From: Octopus vulgaris
Lineage: Eukaryota
DNA: 64,000 bases
Direction: 5' to 3'
Assembly (NCBI GenBank): GCA_951406725.2
Contig: OX597814.1
Location: 26,288,001-26,352,000 of the forward strand
The notes beneath the pieces are model-generated. The model did not search any database. It worked only from the letters and a program-made list of their open reading frames with translations, and had not been told where the DNA came from. Shown piece after piece: positions 1 through 15,380 of this stretch. How positions within the stretch are numbered: the first letter of the stretch is position 1; every line of letters begins with the position of its first letter. Made by a program: the position numbers and the translations under genes.

Positions 1-1055
1 TTGGTAGATCTTAAAATCATTAATTTTTATTTGAGAGTTAGAAGTTGGGTTGATATTCAGTATATACATTTCACTAAGTTAAGAAGGAAAAAAATAGTGA
101 TGTGAAAGAACTCCATCTCAAAATCAAAAATTGTGTTTAGGCTCAGCTGGCTTGGAAAATTCACTCTACTCTACTATAGTTATCAATAATTTGCAGCAGG
201 TGTCTGAATATTACTTATTAACTCTGTAATGCCTCAAAAATATTAATACAGGATAAAGAAAACAAAACAATGGTAAGCATTCTTTGATACATCTTTCCAG
301 AAGATGTCAATACAATAGCACGTTCAATTTTACAAACGTATACCAAGAGAATATCTCCAACATTATTAACATTGCCAAATCAAATTAACTTAAATAAGAT
401 AGGACAACAGTCTTGTCATAAATCATCATTTTTGCAAGTATTATGTTGTGTCTTTAGGCCATGCACAAAACTTTATAAACTTCCATTTAACTTAATAGAA
501 AATAAGTTCTTAGTGTGTCTGTAAATAAAATGGATTAGTTAATAACTTATCCATGGGAGAATTTTCATCTTGATTGTTTTAAGAATTAGTTCTGAGCACT
601 TGAGAATGAATACTACTGGCTTTGGTGCACTGTATAGTTTCGAAACAGAGCTGAGAAAGCTAAATAATTTTAGAGGCACTGACAATCAAACTGAGGTGAT
701 AAATCAACATCATGTGAAATTAGGATTTAAGACTCATTCTTTAGGTCCAGATCAGCTCTAACAGGAGACTTATAATCAAAAACTCTCCAATCTTGACTAC
801 TCGAACCCTCATCCACAATGCATCTGGACCACATTAACATCAAGTGACCACGAGTTGCTCCCAACATAGCTCATTTTCAGAATATTGGCTATAAAAAAAT
901 TACCTTAGAAATTGCTGGACTAGCATTAAATAAATTTTTGAAATGTTATGAAGGCTGGCATAAACAGATTATATGGTTATGTACATATAAGATTGGTGTG
1001 AAAGGTTTGTATTTATCATTTACACTATCGACTCATTGAAAACTGTATTTTGTGC

Positions 1056-3120
1056 ATCATCATCATCATTGTTTAACATCAGGCTTCTATACTGGCATTG
1101 GTTGAACAGTTTGACAGGAGCTGGTCAGGTAGAAGATTACACTAGGCTACTGTGTCTGTTTTGGCATGGTTTTTACAGCTGGATGTCCTTCTTAATGCCA
1201 ACCACCCTACAGAGTGGACTGGGTGCTTTTTACATGACACCAGCACAGTCATGAAGTAACTTGCAAGACAAGAAATTTTTGAGAGGAGAGGGGGTCATTG
1301 GAGGGAGGTGATCTTGTGTCAAGTGATGAAAGATTAGAGTGTGACAGAGAGGCAGGAACATGTGTCTTGCTATAGAGGAGGTAGATGGTCACCCAGCCAC
1401 AGGAAGAGAGAAAAAGAGGAGAGAGAGGTAACAAGAAAGAGAACAGAAACAGGTGTGCTGCTGTAAAGGAGATACTTAGTTACTTTGCCAGAGGAAAGAG
1501 CAAGAGAAAGAGAGAGAGAGTGTGGGAGACAACAAGAGTGCAAGAGAGAGCAGGAGAAAGATGAGGGTGAAGTGCCTGGGTATACTCACAAGGAATCGGT
1601 ATCAGAACATAGATGGGATGATAGAGTAAGGAAGAGAACGATAAATGATAGCAATTGCCAGGGGATACCCTCAAAGTATGGAGGTCGTAATATATGTGGC
1701 CAGGTACTGCCAAGAAGGCACGAGTAGGGAGTGGAGGTGAGGATTGCAGTGACTGATGAGAACCTGAGTATAAAGATGGGGTGGGAAAAGTAGTGATACA
1801 GTGAGCAGGGCAGTGAAGGCAGGGATGGGGAGTGGGAGATAATCATAGTGTATAAAGAGGAAATGTGAGGAAGAGAAAAGATGCAGTTTAGGAGAGATGT
1901 AGTTTGGTTTCTTGGGCTAGGGTGAAAATTTATTGTTACATGCGAGTGGAACACAACACTTCTAACACTCAGTTTTGATGATGTGGGTGGATCCTGTCTA
2001 GAACCTCATATCACAAGACATCTCAGTCCTTTGTCATTTCCTCTGTGAGCCCTAACATCCTGAGATTAGTCTTCAGGACCAATCTCAGGAAGACACTTCA
2101 TCTTATGTCTTCCTGGGTCTTCCTCTTCCACAGTGACCAGCACTTCCTTAAACAACTGTCTTCATTTATATGCATCCCATGTCCAAACCAATGTAGTCTC
2201 CTCTCCTGCGTGCCACACTAATTCCTCTTATGCCCAACTTTTCTTTCAACACAGTTGTGTTTTGTCATTTATGCCCACTGATGTTGCACATCCAGTGAAG
2301 CATACTACCTTCATTCATTTCTAGTCTATGCATGTCCTCTGCCTTCAGAGCCCATGCCCCACTACCATGGAGTATAGCCGTTTGCATACTAGCACCATAC
2401 AATCTACCTTTCACTCTAAGAGAGAGTCCTTTTGTTGCCAACAGAGGTAGTAGTTCTCTGAACTTCCCCCATCCTATACTTATTCTAGACACAATACTTT
2501 CAGAGCATCCACCAGCATTACTAACTTGGTCACCTAAGTAGTAGAAACTAACCTACTATCTCAAGAGAGCTTCCTGGACATTTGAGAGAATTTAAGTCCT
2601 GCATGTTCTTAGTGCTTATTGTTCCTGCACTTCTGTTGTACACAAAGGGAACCTTATCTGTTAATCCACTGCATCTCTAATGTGTTCATAGCTTACATTG
2701 GGTGCAGCAAATGGAATTACTTCCAACTCCTTTCCTACTTATTGAGCAGGGCCATTTACCTAACAGAAAGAAAGCCTTATCTGTTTTCTTGCTAACAACA
2801 ACTTTAGTCCTTGCTAGGTTAACTTTAAGGCCCTTTGATTTTAGGTTTTGCTTCCATACCAGGAACTTCTCCAATTCTGCTTCAGATTCTGCAATAAGAG
2901 CTAGGTCATTAGCATATAGCTGTTCCCATGGGCATTCATTTTTGAATTCTTCTATTATGGCCTGGAGGACTATGATGAATAAGAGTGAACTAAGAACTGA
3001 GCTCTGGTGAACATTTATTTGTACACTGAATTCTTTACTGTATTCATGGCCAATTTTCATGTTACTGACAGCACAACTGTACATGGTTTGTATAGCTCTG
3101 ACAAGTCACTCCTTTACTCC
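1056..3120 (-). mobile_element. 5'-truncated RTE-clade LINE remnant (RT, thumb region, long 3' UTR, (GAT)n tail)
   Basis: Minus ORF 2686-3084 has RT motifs (QSSVLSSLLFII, LYANDL = degenerate YADD, GLKVNLARTK). ORF 2265-2492 (RISIGWGKFRELLPLL...LRVKGRLY) is the RTE post-RT region. The (CAT)n tail and RTE 3' end lie at ~1056-1250. The purine-rich 1250-1950 stretch is homologous to 63000-63540. Confidence 0.85.
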
Positions 3121-4075
3121 TGGCATTTTTAGAAGGTGGGGTAGTTAACAGAAATGGTATCTGGCTATAGAAAATTTTCCTCATTGAATTCCATCTGACC
3201 CATGCAAGCATGGAAACGTAGGCATTAAATATATGATGATGATGATGATTACAATGACAATAACAATGTTGTCAATGGTGAAATTTTTGATGAATAATGT
3301 TTGTTCATTCACCACTAAACCTTACCTTTACTGTAATTAGACTCACAGAATATAGAGGTAGTTTATTTTATACAAAAATATGAACACATTGCAATTGAAA
3401 GGCATCAGACATCTAAGATGATTAAGATTCTTATGCCCTTTGTTTTATAAATCAACAGAGGAGTTTAAGAAAAAGGAAGATAGATGCATATATCTTTTAC
3501 AGTCATTCTTAATTAAAGGCCAAAATTATTTTAAAAGCATTTCTAAGAATCAAACATATCATTCTCTTGGTTTGGATAAGCCACTTAGCATTTTCTCTTG
3601 GCACATCTTCATAATCTGGCAGAAAAGTCTTTATATACCCAATGAGATTTAACTGTATTTTTCAGACAACCCAGAGAGAATTAACAAATCTTTGCCAAGA
3701 ATATGTCAGAAGCACTATGATCAGGCTTCAGCGATTCAACAGTACTTATGATAAAATATTTTAATTAAAGAAATTTGAATTAAAATTCTAAAATTCAAAA
3801 TCATTCAAGCAATAATCAGTAGACTTAATCTGTCTTTTGGTTTAATACCATCCCCCAGCATCTTAGGTACTTTTGGCAGAGAAGTTCATTCTTTTGCAGC
3901 ACTCAGGCCAGGTCTCCACTTCAAAGCTACCTTTCTCCATCTCACAAGTTTTGAAAGATTAGTAAAAGATCATGTGCAAAGCTCTTTCTTGCCTAACTAA
4001 TAAAAAGATTTTTAAAATATATATCACTCAAACAACACCATAAAAATAAATTTATATTAATTTAGCTTCCATCAA

Positions 4076-5033
4076 ATGCTAGGGGAAAAACTAAAAGTTG
4101 ATAGCTTCCATTACCTAGGTGACCAAGTCAGTAGTGGGGGTAGATGCTCTGAGAGTGTAGCTTCTAGAATAAGAATAGCCTGGGCAAAGCTCAGAGAGCT
4201 CCTACCTCTGCTGGCGACAAAGGGCCTCTTGCTCAGAGTAAAAAGGAGACTGTATGTCACATGTGTTCAAACAGCCATGCTACACAGCAATGAAACATGG
4301 GCTGTGACTGCTGAGGACATGCGTAAGCTTGCAAGAAATAAAGCTAGTATGCTCCACTGGATATGTAATGTGTACATTCACAACAGAGTGTAAGTGCCCC
4401 AAGAGAAGAGTTGGACATAAGAAGCATCAAATGTGGTGTGCAAGAGAGACGACTGTGCTGTTATGGTCATGTGGTGCATATGGATGAGGACAGCTGTGTG
4501 AGAAAGTGTCACACCTTAGCAGTAGAGGGGACCTGTGGAAGAGGTAGACCCAGAAAGACCTGGTATGAAGTGGTGACGTACAACCTTTGAAAGTTGGGCC
4601 TCACGGAGGTGATCACGCATGACCAAGACCTTTGGAGATATGCTGTGCTTGAGAAGACCTGACAAGCCAAGTGAGACTATAACCATGGCCTATGCCAGTG
4701 CAGCATAACCGGCCCATTTAAGAGTACCCTTCAATCACTGGGCAGTAAACTAAGCTTGCAAAGACTTGTTGAGTCAAGTGAAGTCATTGTTGTGGCCAAT
4801 GCCAGTACCGCCTGACAGGCATTCGTGCTGGTGGCACATAAAAAGCACCATTTGAGCATGGTCAATGCCAGTGCTGCCTGACTGGCTCCCATGCGTTAGG
4901 AAGGGCATCCAGCTGTGGAAACCTTGCCAGATAAGATTGGAGCCTGGTACAGCCTTCTGGCTTGCCAGTCCTCTGTCAAACCATCCAACCCATGCCAACA
5001 TGGAAAGCAGACGTTAACGATGATGATGATGAT
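4076..5033 (+). mobile_element. RTE-clade LINE 3' fragment with (GAT)n tail
   Basis: ORF 4076-4393 (VDSFHYLGD...RIRIAWAKLRELLPLL) continues out of frame into GRGRPRKTW, then a 3' UTR ending ...CATGGAAAGCAGACGTTAACGATGATGATGATGAT. Confidence 0.9.
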
Positions 5034-5344
5034 TATCTAATAATATTGGCTGTTGTTAGTGGTGGTACTGTTGTTTAAACACAATTAAATCCATTCTTGC
5101 AGCCTTTAACCAAAGCCATCACAGCACTGGTGATTTGAAGGACTTTTGGAAGCCATATCCAGCAGGTGGAGTGACTATGTAAAGGCCCTTATGTTAGCTT
5201 ATCTAATAAGGGATAATGTTTTTGTGGTCTTAATTGTTATGTAACTCCCATGTCAGCCCTTATTGAAGGTATCTACGATCAAAAGCATCTCAATCATAAC
5301 CATTACGTCTTTGTATGATTATCTGTATGATTATGAATATTTAG

Positions 5345-6488
5345 TAGACATGCTCATTGCTTTTTTCAATGCAAGGACCCTATTAGGCTTTTTACTGATC
5401 AGATGGTGAATATTTTCTTGTGGAATTTCTTGCTAAGTTTCATGCAATAATCTCAAGAGATCTGGCTTTGAAGATGCTTTCTTGTTCTGTTTATGAAATG
5501 TCTTGTCCATTATGCTCCAGATGTGTTCTATAGGATTCATATCTGGTGACTGGCTTGGCTATTGAAGCTTTCTAATGCCATTCTTTTCCAATAAATCTTG
5601 GGTCATTTAAATGTGTGACAAGGAATCACATCTTCCATAAATAAAATCTTCTTTAATCATTTCACCACTGGAGAAGTTAGGAAGGAGTCCTTTCTTCAAT
5701 ATGGATGGACGCATATTTATTTGAGTTTATCGTTCCCTCACACTCCATCAGCTCTGATCAACCATTGCTCCAAATTGTTCCCCAGACCATCACAGAATAG
5801 CTACTGTGTTTCATTGCTGGTTGCAATCTTTTCACATCAAATTCTTGATCACAGAGTCTCCAGACCCACACTCAACCACTGTTAGGAAATACAGCAAATC
5901 TGGACTCATCAGTTACTATGAATGTATCACAAAATGCTAATGGCCACTCCACCATCTCACTGGCCCAATCTTTTCTCTGCTTCATATTGGCTGGTCAAAG
6001 ATGTGGCTTTCTTCTTCCTGCTCTGCCATAGTAACCAAGTTTGTGGAGATACCTGACAGCTGTTCTGGGACTGACATCAACTTGCTCTGCTATGTCAGAG
6101 GTCTTGCAACGAGGATTATCCTCCACACTTCTCTTAGCAAAAAGAAGAGTCCTGTCAAAGGGCCCTGGTTGATCTAGACAAGGTGATGTGGACTCCTTCC
6201 CCTCTCTGGTGAATTGCACAATCACTCTATTAACTGTAGAAAGTGGGATCCCAAGGTTTTCTGCAATTTTATACTGACTATATCCACCTTCAGAATGACC
6301 CACAATATGGCCTCTTTGAAATTCAGACAGTTCCATGGATTCTTTTGTACATGGCATGATTAAACAGTCACATATAGAATCTGAAACATAAAAATGTCAA
6401 TTAATAAGAAATATAAACCTTTACAAGTTAGAATAAACAGAAAACGATGTTTTATGGGGTGTCTATTTACTTCTAACATGTGTGTGTA
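5345..6488 (-). mobile_element. Degenerate Tc1 transposon (DD34E)
   Basis: ORF 5995-6357 encodes the Tc1 HTH region ([12 protein letters not shown]...[15 protein letters not shown]). Downstream frameshifted pieces read TDESRF, MVWG and D-x34-E (...PSQSPDMNPIEH) with internal stops. Left boundary approximate. Confidence 0.88.
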
Positions 6489-7020
6489 TATATATATATA
6501 TATTTCTCCCGATTTCTGTATATATATATAAGTGTACTATAAAAGCCATTTCCTTTATATAGAGGACATGTACAGATAATATGATTATTATTAGGGTCTG
6601 CATATGTGATTAGTATCACTGACATGGTCAGTCATATTGGATGTCAAGGTGGTTGTAAGCAAAATGAATTGGAGTGTTTACAACTTGACTTTAGTGGAAC
6701 CTTGTTCATGCTGGTTAGTAGATTTTCCTGCATAAGGTTCTTCAAGTTTAGCAAACTAAACTTTCAAGTAGAAAGAAACAGCAAAGAGGTTGCAAGCAGG
6801 TTGGCCAGTCTAACTCAAAACAGGAGAAAGTTGTTTTTGAAAGGTCGGGTAGAAGTAACCAACACCAACATCATTTCAGAGGTGTGCTGACCATTTTGGT
6901 TTATATTAGGAAATATCTGACCAAATTGGAACATATTCAAACTGTCTTTATTGATGCTCAGAATCATTCTATGCATTGTCACTCATACTCAATTAATATT
7001 CTAGAGAATACAAGGTTTAA

Positions 7021-7240
7021 CCCTTTAGCATTCAGGTTACACTGTCAAGTATAATACTTATTTATTCACATTGTTTCGAATTAATCAGGTGTTATCTCAT
7101 GGTTTAGAGATTTTAATGATGGTATTGTTTAATTTTAGAATGACATTGTAGGTTATGTGTGAAAAGCCAGAGCTGGTTGTTCTGAATATAAAACATGTTG
7201 AAAATTTGGGCCAGACATGGTCAGTTTAAATACTAAAGAG
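7021..7240. mobile_element. piggyBac-type MITE, copy 1
   Basis: TTAA (7017-7020) + CCCTTTAGCATT ... AATACTAAAGAG + TTAA (7241-7244). Reverse-complement homolog at 38396-38615. Confidence 0.82.
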
Positions 7241-8384
7241 TTAACTTTTCACTGACCATAATGTCCAAATGGTAGATTGCCATGAGGGCAAGCCCAAGCT
7301 AAGTCTGAACTTGACCTGGGATTGCAATTTGTTCAAAGAAATAAGTGGTGGAAAGATGTGCCACATGAATGATGAATGCCCCTATTCAACATCATTGTCC
7401 AGGATTTTTCAGAGTTTTGGTAGCTTTGGTGCATACTTGAACATCATCAGCTACTGCTTGCCTAGATTCTTGAGTGGAATGTTGTCCAAGGATGGATCTC
7501 TTAACAAGCAGGATTTGATCATTCCACGAGATGCAAAAGAGCATATGTTCTAGTCTGTCAGATATTTCCTGGGACAAAGCATGATGGCCAGCTTACCACT
7601 GAAGTAATGCTATATCTGCCTGACTTTTCAGTCCTCCAGGTCATGGATTATGGACAATTTAAAAGTCATCAGCCTGAAAGTCCTATGAGGACAGAAGTGT
7701 CATCAGTAAAACCTATTTGAGATGTATACAAAGCAACAAAACCAGTCAACAGGCATTTGTTCAATGTACATGTTTACTGACCTGTGACCTTGCAACAAAC
7801 GGTCACTTGTGGGATTGATGTAGCTATAAGCGGATGTTATCATGACTAATGTACCACCTTTCTTTGACAAGGAAGGAAATATAGTTTTTCTTTCTATGAA
7901 GACTATGGTGGAGGAAGTTATAAGGAGTTATGTTAAGATTTGTGATCAGAGCTTTCCCACTCTGGCTAAGTCCTCATCAACTTTGTCAATTGCCAGTTGA
8001 AAAATAAAGTGGTTGAAAGGGAGGTGCCACTCTCTTGCATGTTTTACAAAAAGTAGATGAGAGTTGTAAGATTGATAAGGCTAAATGGGATTACTCAGAT
8101 TATGTAACCATAAATGAGTGATGAGAAACTGGAACAGGATGCTTTTACCTTTAATACAAGTGAATAATTTTAGGCTTTGTATGGGAAACCATAGATTATG
8201 AGAGGTGAATTTTTTCCCTTATTGGGGACATGTTCTCATTGACTATTTATTGCTTTTTATTGTCTTTGCTGATTCCACTCTCTCTCTTATTTCATTAAAA
8301 TACCAGTGTTTTTATATTTCATGAATATATTCCCAACAACATCTTGGTTGCTGATAGAAATGTGATGAAGCTTTCTACTTTTGG

Positions 8385-8560
8385 ATTAGCAAAATCACTT
8401 AAACATTGGACAAAATACCTTGTGATATTTCATCTACCTTTTTACATTTAAGTTCAAATGACAAAGGCCAACTTTGCCTATTATCATCTTGGGGTAAATG
8501 AAATTGAGTACCAAAATTCCACTGCTCTCAAAATTACTGGCCTTGTGCCAAAATTTAAAT
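8385..8560 (+). mobile_element. Diverged Meta-domain-like SINE
   Basis: B-box-like GTTCAAAT, then ACTTTGCCT...CTTGGGGTAAATGAAATTGAGTACC and the tail GGCCTTGTGCCAAAATTT, followed by (CAT)n. Confidence 0.6.
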
Positions 8561-8977
8561 GAGATCCGCCATCATCATCATTATCATCATCTTCATCATT
8601 ATAAACTTCGTGAAAATAATCCTGCATTACATTTCAACTGAAACATCGATGCCTAAATTAAAAGCTGTAACATACATCATAGTTATATATATTTTCGCAA
8701 CTTATAAACATTAAGTATACCCCAAACTTATACTTAAATATACATAGCAAAGATATACACACAGCTAGTTGAAACAATTCCATTCTTCAGAAACACTTCC
8801 ATTACTGAATTCAATACTTGAGAAACAATTCCATTCCACAATAATAAAGTCAGCTTCATGGAAAACACTTCACTGTGTAGACACTACATGCCAAACAATT
8901 GCATGCTGAGAATTTTGGTATTTTAAACTTTAGCACATTGTCATGAGAACTATGAGTAACTTAGATTTTAAAAGATT

Positions 8978-9014
8978 TGATATATATGTACATACACACA
9001 CACACACACACACA

Positions 9015-9045
<31 letters not shown>

Positions 9046-9192
9046 GTATATGTATATATGTATATGTATATGTATATATGTATATGTATATATGTATATA
9101 TGTATATGTATGTATATGTATATGTATATATGTATATGTATATATGTATATATATGTATATGTATATATGTATATGTATATATATATATGTA

Positions 9193-9266
<74 letters not shown>

Positions 9267-9431
9267 GTATATGTATATATATGTATATATATATATATAT
9301 GTATATATATGTATATGTATATATGTATATGTATATATATGTATATGTAAATATATATGTATATATATGTATATGTATGTATATGTATATATATTTATAT
9401 GTATATATGTATATATATATTTATATGTATA

Positions 9432-9524
<93 letters not shown>

Positions 9525-9545
9525 ATATATATGTATATATATATG

Positions 9546-9625
<80 letters not shown>

Positions 9626-9906
9626 TGTATGTATACATATGTGTATATATGTGTATATATGTGTATATATATATGTATGTATACATATATATATGTGTAT
9701 ATATATATGTATGTATATATATATATATGTGTATATATATATGTATGTATATATATTTACTCTTTTTACTCTTTTACTTGTTTCAGTCATTTGACTGCGG
9801 CCATGCTGGAGCACCGCCTTTATATATATATATATATATATATGTGTATATATATGTGTATATATATGTGTATATATATATGTATATATATATGTATATA
9901 TATATG

Positions 9907-9937
<31 letters not shown>

Positions 9938-10280
9938 GTATATATATATGTATGTATATACATATATACACACACATTCATATACATATATGTATATATA
10001 TATGTATATATATATATATATATATGTATGTATATATATATATATGTATGTATATACATATATACACACACATTCATATACATATATGTATATATGTGTG
10101 TGTGTGTATACATATCTATGTATATGTGTGTGTGTATACATATCTATGTATATATGTGTGTGTGTATACATATCTATGTATATATGTGTGTATACATATC
10201 TATGCATATATGTATGTATTTGTATACACACATACACGCTTGCACACACACACATACACATAAACACACATATATATATA
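8978..10280. repeat. Compound (TA)n/(TATG)n/(CA)n microsatellite with embedded 66-bp SINE tail (9757-9822)
   Basis: Seen directly. The insert TACTCTTTTACTTGTTTCAGTCATTTGACTGCGGCCATGCTGGAGCACCGCCTTT is the reverse complement of the SINE 3' end at 22632-22693. Confidence 0.97.
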
Positions 10281-10539
10281 TGAGTATATAAGGAATTACC
10301 AACAATATCTCTTATTCAACCCTCCTCTACCATCTTATAATAGTAGTCACCATGTCATAACTTTACACACCATTAGCATACATACACCACACCACAAACA
10401 TATGTGCACACACATACACAAAGAGGCAAATTTGCACATGCACTCAGAAAAAAAAATTAATTTTCAATTTCCAACATGCAGTCGTGAGAACACTAAATGA
10501 AACCATTACAGAAAAAATTAAATAAATAGATAAATAAAT

Positions 10540-11050
<511 letters not shown>

Positions 11051-11652
11051 ACGCTAAATTTAATGGTGTGGGGATGGTGTTGAAAAGCTGCTGGTGTCTT
11101 GAATATGTAAAACTATTTCCATTATTATATTAGCACTCTAGGCAGCTTCTCAGTTTCTGTGTTCACTACACGCTTCCTACAGCTGCGCTAATTTTCTGTT
11201 CGATACGAACACACAGACACACATGAGCTGATTTGCCATCGAACGAAGCAGCGAATGCAGCAGACACTGTTCAAGTGTTCAAAAGGCTCAACATGTAATG
11301 CTGCACGAGACAGTACCAACAGCAGATGACAGCAGACAAAGGCAACATACCTCTGGTTGACACGATACTTATTACTTAGAAAGAAGGGAACCTTTTTTTC
11401 CCTACCATGAAATGGCACAATGAGGAAGACAATAACAATATGAGTCATATGCAAAGGGACTTGTTTATTCAGGGGTAAAGCAGTACTTTTCTCACTTTTT
11501 TACTCTTATAGTTTGCTTGTGTAAAGGAATGTGTTTGTGAATATGTGGTTAAATAGATCCATGCACTTGTTTCTATGAATGAATTTGTGTCTCAATGAAT
11601 GCAAACATGTGTGTGCGTGTGTATATCTATCTATCTATTTTTTTTCTTTCTT

Positions 11653-11716
<64 letters not shown>

Positions 11717-12049
11717 GTACGTGTATGTGTGTGTATTTGTTATGTATAATATATTTATATTTAAGAATTTCTGTGTACAGTATATATATATATATGTGTG
11801 TGAAATTATTTGCTCACTTTAAAATATGCTTGTGTATATGTATAGATATGTGTCAGTGTATGTGTAAAAGAGTATACTTGTTTGAGAGACTAAAACATGT
11901 ACATATAGAATATGTAAATAGATTATGAAGTACATAACAAACATTCAAAAGTTTATTTGCTCAATGTATAATTGTAATATTTTACTATATGCTAAATATT
12001 TATAGTATATATATATGTATTAATATGTGTATATATATATATGTATTAA

Positions 12050-12118
<69 letters not shown>

Positions 12119-12305
12119 ATGTATATATATAAATATATAAAGTTATATACATTTATATACATATAGCACATGCATGAATCTATATCTTTCTCACTTACCC
12201 TCCCTCTTATTCACTATCTTTTCGTCTCACTTTATCTCTCTCTCCCTCTGTTACTTTCCAACCTATCCCCTCACTCTTTCTCTCTCTCTCTCTTCTTTTC
12301 TTTCA

Positions 12306-12354
<49 letters not shown>

Positions 12355-12454
12355 ATTGAATTATACAGTTTTTCAAATTTGCAAATAGTTTATATGTGTA
12401 AGCATGGTCTGATCAATCATTTACTATAATTTTATCTGAAAATACAAGTATAAA

Positions 12455-12499
<45 letters not shown>

Positions 12500-13182
12500 T
12501 ATGTGTGTATGTATGTATATGTATGTATATATATATATATATATTATATTTGTGTATGTTTATGTCTGTCATGATGAAATATAAATTCAAAGCTTGCTGG
12601 AATAGTTAAGAAGTTTACTTTACTATCAGGAATTTCAAAGATCATTCTAAATGTATCTTGAACTAATGTTTCTCTTTTGTTTGTCCCCCCCCCAACCTCT
12701 CGGCTAATCTAACATTTGTGAGTCAAGTTGGATAGAATGAAAATTTGGAAACCTGAAGAATAACTTTTCAGTTGTAAATCTAAAATTGAAACTTACCAAA
12801 CAATTTGGATAATTTTCTTTCCATTGCAACAGTTTTTGCAATGAATTATTTCATAGAGTTTTGATTATAGTATAAAATACTAACATTTATATTGTAAATA
12901 TGGTACAAATGTGATTCAAAAACACAATGAATACTGATTTGTATAAATACAAATTTAATACAGACACAAACACATATGCATACACTTACACGAAAAGAGA
13001 TACACGACAAGCATCTATGTACTCATACTTGTATGCATGTATGCAAATCGTATACAGACGAATAGAGACAAAGATATATTTTACGTACTTAAATGAATCA
13101 GAAATTCTGTGCTTCTAAATATGACTGCATTTGAACAGAACATATAAACTGATTTTTATTTTCTCTGATTAATTCACTCAAT

Positions 13183-13298
13183 TGTATGTGTGTATGTATG
13201 AATATATATGTATGTATATAAATGTTTATATATATATATATTTATATATATATATATATATGTATATGTATGTGTATATATATATATATATGTATATG

Positions 13299-13329
<31 letters not shown>

Positions 13330-13424
13330 GTATGTGTATACATATATGTGTATATGTATGTATATATATATATCTGTATATATGTATGTATATATGTATA
13401 TGTATATATATATATATGTATACG

Positions 13425-13463
<39 letters not shown>

Positions 13464-13756
13464 ATATGTATGTATATATATATATGTATATATATATATG
13501 TATGTATATATGTATATATATATATATGTATACGTATGTATATATATATATATATATGTATGTATATATGTATGTATATATATATATGTATATATATATA
13601 TGTATGTATATATGTATGTATATATATATATGTATATATATATATATGTATGTATATATGTATATATACATATGTATGTATATATGTATATGTATGTATA
13701 TATACATATGTATGTATATATGTATGTATATATACATATGTATGTATATATATATG

Positions 13757-13810
<54 letters not shown>

Positions 13811-13830
13811 TATGTATATATATATGTGTG

Positions 13831-13863
<33 letters not shown>

Positions 13864-14936
13864 GCATGTATATATATGCATGTATATATATGTATATATA
13901 TATGTATGTATATGTATATATATCTATGTATATGTATATATGTATATATATCTATGTATATATATATATGTATATATATCTATGTATATATATATATGTA
14001 TATATATATATGTATATATATGTATATATATATATGTATATATATGTATATATATGTATATAATATATGTATATATATGTATATATATGTATATATATAT
14101 ATGTATATATATGTATGTATATATATGTATATATATATGTGTATATATGTATATATATATATATGTATGTATATGTATATATATGTATGTATATGTATAT
14201 ATATGTATATGTATATATATGTATATATATATATGTATATGTATATATATGTATATATATGTATGTATATGTATATATATGTATGTATATGTATATATAT
14301 TATATGTATGTATATGTATATGTATATATATGTATATATATATATATGTATATGTATATATATGTATATATATGTATATATATGTTTATATATGTATATA
14401 TATGTATATATATGTATATGTATATATATGTATATATATGTATATGTATATATATATGTATATATATGTATATGTATATATATATATGTATATATATATA
14501 TGTATATGTATATATATGTATATATATGTATATATATATGTATATATATGTATATATATGTATATATATATATATATATGTATATATATGTATATGTATA
14601 TATATGTATATATAAATGTATACGTATATATATGTATATATACGTATTTGTACGTATACGTATATATATGTATATGTATATGTATATATATTTGTATATG
14701 TATATGTATATATATTTGTATGTATATATGTATATATATATGTATATATGTGTATATATATATGTATATATATGTATATATGTATATATATATGTATATA
14801 TATATATGTGTATATATATATATGTATATATGTGTATATATATATGTATATATATGTATATATATGTATATGTATATATATGTGTATATATATATATGTA
14901 TATATATGTATATATATGTATATGTATATATATGTG

Positions 14937-14969
<33 letters not shown>

Positions 14970-15133
14970 GTATATATGTATGTATATATGTATGTATATA
15001 TGTATGTATATGTATATATATATGTATATATGTATGTATATATGTATGTATATATGTATGTATATATGTATGTATATATGTATGTATATATGTATATATA
15101 TATGTATATATATATATATGTATATATATATAT
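13183..15133. repeat. ~1.95-kb (TA)n/(TATG)n/(TATATG)n microsatellite
   Basis: Seen directly. It produces the spurious 600+ aa Y/I/M/V/C ORFs. Confidence 0.98.
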
Positions 15134-15149
15134 AATTTCCATATATACA

Positions 15150-15334
15150 TACGTGGCTGTGTGATAAGAAGCCTGCTACCCAACAACATGGTTCCAACAT
15201 CAGTCCCACTCAGTGGTACTTTGTGCAAGTGTCTTCTATTATAGCATTGTGAGTTGATTTGGTGGACAGAAACTGGAAGAAGCCTGTAGTATATATATAT
15301 ATATATAATTATTTTGTCAGCATTTTCTTCATTT

Positions 15335-15380
<46 letters not shown>

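Noticed and set aside
5895-5915. CTGATGA hammerhead-like core on the minus strand
   Set aside because: These are the T-D-E-S codons of the Tc1 catalytic motif; no stem II/GAAA follows.
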